DNA of 41,109 nucleotides from Perkinsus olseni (Eukaryota): NCBI GenBank assembly GCA_013115125.1, contig JABANN010000302.1, positions 1 to 41,109 of the forward strand, read 5' to 3'. Shown piece by piece: positions 33,681 to 41,109 of this stretch (position 1 is its first letter; each line of letters starts with the position of its first letter). The notes under the pieces were generated by a model. It saw only the letters and a program-made list of their open reading frames with translations, ran no database searches and was not told where the DNA came from. The position numbers and the translations under genes were made by a program.

Positions 33681-35490
33681 AATGAGGAGAAGGGAATCAC
33701 GCAATAATTACCCTAGACAGAATACAACCATTCCAGAACGATCGGAAAACTCCGACGAAGAACGAACATTTTTCAAGATTGTGGCTCAAATAGAGTTCCA
33801 TGACGAGTCTCTCAGCCTTCGACGAGGCACAGTGGTATCTTCTCAAAGAATTATATCAACCACTTCTCTGCCAAACAGATTTGACGGTCAAGACCACTTC
33901 TGAAGGTGGATCTCGCTCGCCAGTAAAAGTAGCGCACGCCCGTAAACGCTATCTCGAAAGCGGCGGACATGTTGGCGGACATGCCACTGCAACCGCCCTT
34001 ACAGTTTGGGATAGACAGATCTCAATACTGTAGAGCGTAGAATACTGAAGAGTAGCGGAGCTAATGAAGGAACAAAGGTCAAATGTGGACTTGCCCGGGC
34101 ATGCCCACCATCGAATGATGGATATTGGGAACTAGAACTAGAACACCAACTCTGGATCGATCCAGAGTTGGTTTATTGTATACACCTCTTAAAGGCCTAT
34201 CTCGCGATCAGTAAGATCAATTTGGCAAGGCGAGAGATGACCCTCGCCAATATATGCCTTAGTAAGTCCAATTTCGACGAAATGCGGAAATCCATTTCGC
34301 TGGTACATAGTAGATTCAATTTCGCAACAGTGACGGATCGAATCCGTCGGATTGTGAAGTCCGACTGTTGTGACGATGCCACAATAACGGGAGTAAAGTA
34401 GGTTTTCTTTTTTTGAAAAGTAGTAACGTGAGGAATGGTATTTCGCCCGCCTTGGATTGAAGTATTGTGAGTTCGCACGGCAGTAGATGGAGAGTGTTCG
34501 TAGCTCTGCGTGGGGCACATCAGCAATGCCTGTTGCAGATGCCCTTGGTACTGCGCTCAAAACAACAGCACAGAGTAAGCCGAGAGGCAGAATTGTAGTT
34601 GCGTATACCGCAACATAATAGCTATGGTGGAATAGATCAACTTTGTAACCTAAAGAAACATAGCAATGCGAGGTTACACTGTACAGTACTCAAGGCAGAG
34701 ACATCACAGCAACGAAGGCAATAGCATAACAGCAATGTCGATTCACGAGCTTATCCCATCACAACCGCTTCACCCGTTTACGCTGGAGAAGGAAAAGTGG
34801 ATAAGATCAAGCCTGGACATTACTACGGGAGCACTTCAACTGTCGGCACGCTGGGGTCGATAAAAATGGAGATCTTTCAAACCGCGGATGACAATATCAA
34901 AGCTTGGTTCCTATTTCGTATCTCACGTGGGAGTCCCACGGTGGGACAATGGAAATGACTCAAGAAAATGCGACGGTCGGATTTAACCGGAAACGAGGCC
35001 ACTGTAATCTTCGGGTACCTATGGGCGAGTCGCAGAAAATCCCTTCAAGCAGCTGCTGGATGCTCCAAGGGAGCCATCGTTGCATAATGCAAAGAATATA
35101 AGTAAATGAGTAGTAGTAGAGTAAACTCGAAGTAAATGAGACCCGACTCGGGTCTCGGATAATTGGGTTCTCTTCTTAAAGAAGACTTCTTTGGTAGCAG
35201 AATGAAAAGCAGACATATTGTACAGCCGAGCGGTCGGACAACCCCAGGGCAGGTGATAGGAGCCAACGGCTACGACACTTTAGGGGATAGGCTATGTTCA
35301 TCTATGGCGATAGATGAACCCACTCCATCACTCTCAACTACTGCCACAGGGCCTTTACGGTCAAGGCTTTACCGACGTCAACCGGTCACTGGCACGCGCC
35401 GAGTGATACGGATGGACAACCACACGAGATCAGCTCAAAGAGGGATAGCCAAATGCCAACTATGTCTCCTACGGTAGGAGTCCTACCATC

Positions 35491-36115
35491 ATGGTAGGTA
35501 CCATGACTCCTGCCGCAGGGTTGTACTTCAACGAGCAAACATCTGAGCAGCTCGCCACCGTGTCCCTTAAAGTGTTCGATGGAGTTCAACAAACGCCGGA
35601 GGCTAGCCTGGTGCTCTTTTGCACTACAGCCCGCTGCTCACAGAGTACCCTCGGCATCGACAAGCCGAGGTACTTCAATAGGATGTCTCCGAAGATGGCT
35701 TATGGGTTGGCTTTCACTCCTCCCACCTTGAGTCTCGCCCGCATCGACGAGTTATGTTTTCTACTCAGCACCACCGGTAGAGACGACGAAATGGAGATTT
35801 TCGAGGCTTTCACGCTCGCCGGGGATACATTTGATATCAGCAACTTCATCACTGCGACTACTGTCTTGTGCTGGTCGCAAGACAGCGGGGCCTGGAATCT
35901 ACGGCTTGGCATGAACATGGACGAGCAGGGTGGGGTATCGCCGGACTGTGTCGTCCAATTGCAGTGGATTGAAACCACTCCCTGAGGACGCTCCGCAAGC
36001 TAAGTTACATCAGGAGGACGGAGATGGTGGAGTGCTCAGCCGGAAGTCCACATCGACAGCAAGCCAGGGCGAAGGAGCTTCCCCGGTTAAACGAGCGAAG
36101 AGTGAGTTGCGCTAG
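35491..36115 (+). CDS. Hypothetical protein, paralog A (ORF 35491-35985, probable continuation in another frame to 36115)
   Basis: About 125 aa align with the opposite-strand ORF at 37347-37740. The downstream frame (LSRKSTST...SPVKRAK) is also shared with that copy. Confidence 0.5.
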
Positions 36116-37198
36116 GCTCTATCAAATGGATGCGAGGGGCCCCAATTGCCTCACGAGTGACAACCCCCTGCGCAGTGCTCGCTGCACTGTTCCCGAACAG
36201 TGCTCGGGCTTCGGAACCACCTCCTCCCAGTCCCCCGCGGCTACGGTTTTATCACTATGAATCAGTGAAACATCCCTAAATAAATCATCGCACGTTGCGT
36301 TATACGACATGCGATTAAGTAAGTCTTTGCAGACCTACGGAGTTGTAACCTTCAAGGCAGGAGTGATTGGCCTTAGTCGTAGGAGCCGTAGTTAACACGA
36401 CAGTGGATAGTTTGTCAGCGAATTAAGCAAGACTTAACAGCTGACTGACCATCAGTCTTTATGACAGATTTCGTGTGCAGGTCACCTGCAAGGCCACCAG
36501 TGGTGGCCCACCGCAATACCTGCTGCTAGCAGGTCATCTGCTGCAGGTGTCTTCGGATTCCGAAGTTTGGAAACGCGTTCAGGAGTACCGCTAAGTGGCT
36601 GAAGGCTTCAGCCGCCCTGAGGCTAGTTGTTTCCGATTACACTCGGATGCGTTTTGCATAAACTTTTTATTACGCGTTGATTCGCGTATTTTAGCCATAT
36701 GATAATGTGTGACTCACGACGCCCAAATGCTCTCACGAGTCGTGAGAGCGTTTGTCGCATGTGTCATTACGCGGTGCGTATTTCATACATCTCATTTCGC
36801 GTTATTGAGCCAAGAATCTTGGCGTGACTACTCCGGCCTGAAACTGTTTTACGCGCAATGCCTGGCATTGCCTGGTGCACGGTGGCACCAGCCTGGTACA
36901 GCTCCACTAATGTGCTACAATGTGCTAATGTATTCGACAAACATGTAAGTGCCTCAACCCTCAGTGGCTCATTGGAGCCTGAGAAGCTGCTGACTGCAAC
37001 GCAAAGCAGATCTCATTCCGTAACATCCACAACATCAATAACAACATTTCTGATATGGGTGTTGGCAACACCGTGTTGCTGGTTACTGATAGTAATGAGC
37101 AACCCTTAACCGTAAGTTACGGTCCGTAACCAATTTATTATCCGAGACAGTCACCGGTTGCCGGGTTTTCGTCCACATGCGTTCGACGGGCCACGGAC

Positions 37199-37838
37199 TC
37201 ATATCACGGCCCAATCTTCGTTCGCTTGGCCGGGGGAGGTTTCCAACTTCCAACTTGTTGCCGATGTAGATTTCCGGCCGAGTACTCGACCACCTGGAGT
37301 CTCCTGAAGCTGCTCTATTCCGTCTGAGGATTCGGCGGTAAGTGCGTCATGCGGCTCTGTCTCGCGACCAGTACATGACAGTAGTCGCAACCATGAAGTT
37401 GCTGATCTCAAAGATATCCCCGGCGCGGTTGAAAGCTTCGTCAATTTCGCTCGCATCAGTTCGTCCAGCGGTGTCGGTCACGAAACATAACTCGTTGACT
37501 CGGGTGAGACTCAGTGTGGGAGGAGTGAATGCCAACCCATCAGCCGTATCCAGAGACGTCCTGTCGAAGTACCTCGGCTTGTCGTTGCCGAGTGTACTCT
37601 GTGAGCAGCGAGCGGTGGTGCGAAAGATAATCAGGCTGGCCTCCAGCGATTGCTGAACCACATTGAATAATTTCAGGGACACTATGGTGAACTGCTCTGT
37701 TGTCAGCTCGTTGAAGTACAATCCTATTGCAGGGGTCATCATAGCAGCCGTAGTCGCTGTCGGGGAGCTCTGATGAGAGTCGGTCTCGTGAGACTGTTGA
37801 CCTGTGCTACTCGCCGCGAACCAGTCTATAGTTGGCAC
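37199..37838 (-). pseudogene. Hypothetical protein, paralog B, internally deleted or frameshifted
   Basis: MTPAIGLYFNE...TTARCSQSTLGNDKPRYF...GLAFTPPTLSL matches paralog A; stops early after YWSRD. Confidence 0.5.
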
Positions 37839-39007
37839 TGGTAACGTCCTTTTGGCAGTAGTTAAAAGTGTGTATAAGTTATATAGTATAACGGGGCAGC
37901 CTCATGCATAGTGATCATTGATGCATCCTTAGGAAGATCGAAGTTGTTGTTGGATCCCGTCATCTGTCCTTGATTTGCTCAATCGACCGCTTGTATCTTT
38001 GATGGGTGGTAGAGGGTCGAAGCTTCGAGGGGCGGTTCATTTTCTTCAGGCATTCTACCGGCAGCCCCTACCGCACTTGACAGTCCAATCATCCAATGCC
38101 CAACTGAGATGAGTTGAAGTCGGCGGAGCCCATTTCTCAATTGAGAACGTCTTGTAGACACGGTGAAACTCTCTCGCGTGCATTTGCCTTCCTCGTCAAG
38201 TCCAACAACTATTCGATTGGATCTCATTGCTGAGCAATGAGCAATGATTGTTCTTGCCCACAGTTGCGAGAATATACCTTACAACCTTTTCCGTCGCAAT
38301 ACAAGCGTCGCATCCTTGGTTAAGTTCCCCGGTTGGACCCTCATACTCCCACTTTTACTGATGTTACCTACATCCTCCCGATTCGGGAGGATCGGTAAAT
38401 CATTTGAATGCGTACACGCCTGGATGGTTGAAACTCAGGCAAGCTCCTAAGATGCGTTGGTGAGTAAGCAGCGCGAGGAGCTCCACCATTCTTCCGAGTC
38501 CGCAGCCAAATCGCGGCGTCTCTTGGTCAACCAAGGAAAGGGATTGTATCTGGGTTGCTGAATTCCAGAATTCCTGAATTGAAAGTGGTGAATTGCTGGT
38601 TCCACTTGGCACGGCAATGATTCCGCTGAGATATCTTTGTGGATAGCAATGCTGGTGAGGCTCGGCGCAGTAGGGTTGTACTAGTCCCGAGAACTCAACG
38701 TCCATGGAAGAGTGGCGAAGACTAGTAAGTGTTTGAGACAGTGTGTCAGAGACACTGGAAACATCTTCTACTGAGTCAGTAGTACTGACGATTATTAAAT
38801 TTAGTTAATAAAGTAATAACTGTAGTGTAATGACTCTAAGAAACCATTAGAACCTTGGATATGGTTTTCATCGATCATCCTTTCCCAGGACTGCAACAGT
38901 ATCATGATAACCAGGTAACCCGGTCCAGGTTATCTGCTACGAGGCTCCTCGGTGTACCATGCTCTGCATATTTCCAATACTAGAGCTCGATAAGTGGTCT
39001 TCGTGTT

Positions 39008-39758
39008 GGGGCCGTCGCAGGGGTGGGCGAAATCCTCGCAGAGGGACTCCGCTCCGTTCCGGGCGGTAATTCTGAACTTCCGCTTTTCCGTTCCGTTCCG
39101 GTCGTATTTCCGCCATCATCCTCGGAGGCTCGTTATTTCGGTTTTCTGCACCGGGAAACGGATTCCGTTTCCCGTTTAACGGAATGCCGTTCCGAATGAG
39201 AAGCTCTGAATGCCGATTCTCGGATAGCTTTGTGCTGCAGACTGGAGAGTTCTCCGGACTCCACATTGTGGAGTCCACAAAGTCGCAGCGAGACTTCGTG
39301 CATACATGCTCGTGTTCGTGCCCGTGGTGGCATCGCGCTCCCCTTATTTCACTCGACCATGCGTGCTATACGCAGCGAACACATCATTTTGACATGCGGT
39401 GATATGGTGAATTATTAGTGACGGTGAATTACTCTTCATCATGAGTAGTAATTTATCCTGTGAGAGTCGAAATTTTTGTATGATAGAAATTATTATGATA
39501 ATATGTGAGCAACATATCAGGTTACCTATGACTTGGCGTCATTAATGTGACGCATATTTTAATCCGATCACATCATGCTCTCCTTGAAACCGAAACGGAA
39601 CATTCCGAAGCGCTAACGGAAAAATCCGCGGCAACCGGAATTTTCCGGTATACATAACGGAAAATCAGGGCGGAATGGGTTTTCGAAACGGAATTTCCGC
39701 TCCGGCAGACGGAAGAACTCCGCCGCCCGGAACGGAAGTTGCCCACCGACGGCGGCCC
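39008..39758. mobile_element. Probable non-autonomous DNA transposon: long imperfect inverted arms rich in TTCCG/CGGAA motifs
   Basis: Left end gggccgtcgcaggggtgggcg...tccgttccgggcgg mirrors right end ccgcccggaacgga...gcccaccgacggcggccc. Arms are ~190 bp around a non-repetitive core. No TSD resolved. Confidence 0.6.
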
Positions 39759-40519
39759 GACGTCGCACGGTGGCGCCAAAATTTAAAGTGCCCCAAGAAA
39801 AATACTGACTATAGATACTTATGTCTAAGACTCTTACACAAATTTTCAAGGCCATATTCGCAGGCGGTGGCTCACACTATCCGTCGACAGTTTAACCCGT
39901 GATTTTGGTAATTTAATAGCGTTTACACGGGGCAGACAGCCTAAATTGGGCTTGTGGCCGCTATAATGGCTCTGCTCTTATGATCAAACACAGGGCTATT
40001 TAGATGTTGTGTGACTAGTGGCCAGTGTCCCTGACCACTCAGCACACAAGATATCAGTCCCCATATCTTAGCCTAGCGATTCCCATTTATTAATGATGAT
40101 GTACTCTTAATTACAGTCTCTTGAGAAGTCTTAAGTACTTGGGTTTGCCATGACTGGTAAAATGGTGGAGAACCCTGATGTGCTACTTTCTCTTTGCGTC
40201 TTGCTGCACGCTGAGTATGGCTACTATTTGGCTATTGGCTACTATGATTATCTCTTGAAGCAGTGGGCTTGTTTTCTTAAGTGGTCCCCTCTCATTAATC
40301 TGTATGTGGGTCGCGAGCTCTACTGCATCTTACTACTCAATGACTACTGGAAAAGTAGTACTTATCTCACTGCGTATCTATTTCTCCTAGTGATGGTTAT
40401 CCTTAATGACGAATACATTGGCAAGTCTATTCGATTATGCATATGACTGATGTGATGAATGGTCTTGGGCGATACGGCTCTTGTGATTAGCGTCCCAGCA
40501 TGAACGGGATGTTCACGTT

Positions 40520-40807
40520 TCGTACACCAAATAGTCGTACATTTTCGACTCATGTCTCCAATACTCATACATCTTCGAATCGTACACGAAATGCTCGTAC
40601 ACCGAAAAGTCATACACAAAATACTCATACACGAGCGATTCGTACATATAAAACTCGTACACATGATGGTCGTATACGTAATACCCGTACATATAACATC
40701 AGTACACATAATAGTCGTACACTTTCACCTCGTACACCGTCATTTCATACACTCTCATTTCGTACACAACCCCAGTTTCAAGTCGTACACCGTCATTTCG
40801 TACACTC
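40520..40807 (+). repeat. Array of 19 units, 15-bp period: conserved TCRTACAY plus 7 variable nt
   Basis: Units start at 40520, 40535 ... 40760 in exact register; after an 8-nt offset, two more start at 40783 and 40798. Confidence 0.92.
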
Positions 40808-40868
40808 CGCAAAAATTTTTTAGGCAAGTCGCGGAGCCGCTCCGCGACTTGCCTAAAAAATTTTTGCG
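40808..40868. repeat. Perfect 61-bp palindrome (30-bp arms, 1-nt centre)
   Basis: CGCAAAAATTTTTTAGGCAAGTCGCGGAGC c GCTCCGCGACTTGCCTAAAAAATTTTTGCG. Confidence 0.97.
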
Positions 40869-40920
40869 CCGGCGCTCTCCCGCCCCTTTCTATCAGTCTA
40901 CTTCCTCGCTGGTAAGGGAG

Positions 40921-40990
40921 TCTCTGCACATAGGATCGAACTTGCGACCTTCTAATCGAGAGCCCGCTACCTTAACCACTATACCACTCA
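40921..40990 (-). other. tRNA-derived sequence with A- and B-box (pseudo-tRNA or SINE head)
   Basis: Minus strand reads GTGGTATAGTGGTTAAGGTAGCGGGCTCTCGATTAGAAGGTCGCAAGTTCGATCCT; anticodon and acceptor stems do not pair. Confidence 0.65.
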
Positions 40991-41109
40991 CACCAATAAA
41001 CTTTTCCTCACAGAGTGGCGCGAACAGTTCGCTCACTATACACCCCTCCACAAATTCTTAGCATATCCGGTTTTTCGACTCGTGCACTGTCACCTGGACG
41101 AGTACGGAA

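Noticed and set aside
40520-40807. CRISPR array or His/Thr-rich ORFs (40500-41061)
   Set aside because: An 8-nt repeat with 7-nt spacers is far below CRISPR sizes, there are no cas genes and the context is eukaryotic. The ORFs arise from the 15-bp periodicity.

Overview
Eukaryotic, intron-rich genomic DNA. Gene style and protein families suggest a Perkinsus-like alveolate; this is an inference, not a database match. From left to right the window holds: (1) a short CGTACC satellite; (2) a multi-exon DegP/HtrA serine protease (+); (3) a tandem array of nine intronless, secreted S1/P1 nucleases (eight on +, one inverted). One has a 2-nt frameshift, and the inverted one is a pseudogene broken by a 239-bp MITE-like insertion. 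Integrase and hAT-transposase debris lies between copies 1 and 2; (4) a 14-exon eIF3 subunit c gene (-); (5) an inverted pair of hypothetical genes; (6) a repeat-rich right end. The most striking signal is that five introns of eIF3c (6-9 and 11) each carry a different tRNA-like T-arm/B-box fragment, in either orientation. Similar orphan tRNA 3' ends lie upstream of two nuclease genes. The right end carries a composite of a 15-bp-period motif array with variable spacers, a perfect 61-bp palindrome and a tRNA-like Pol III-type head.
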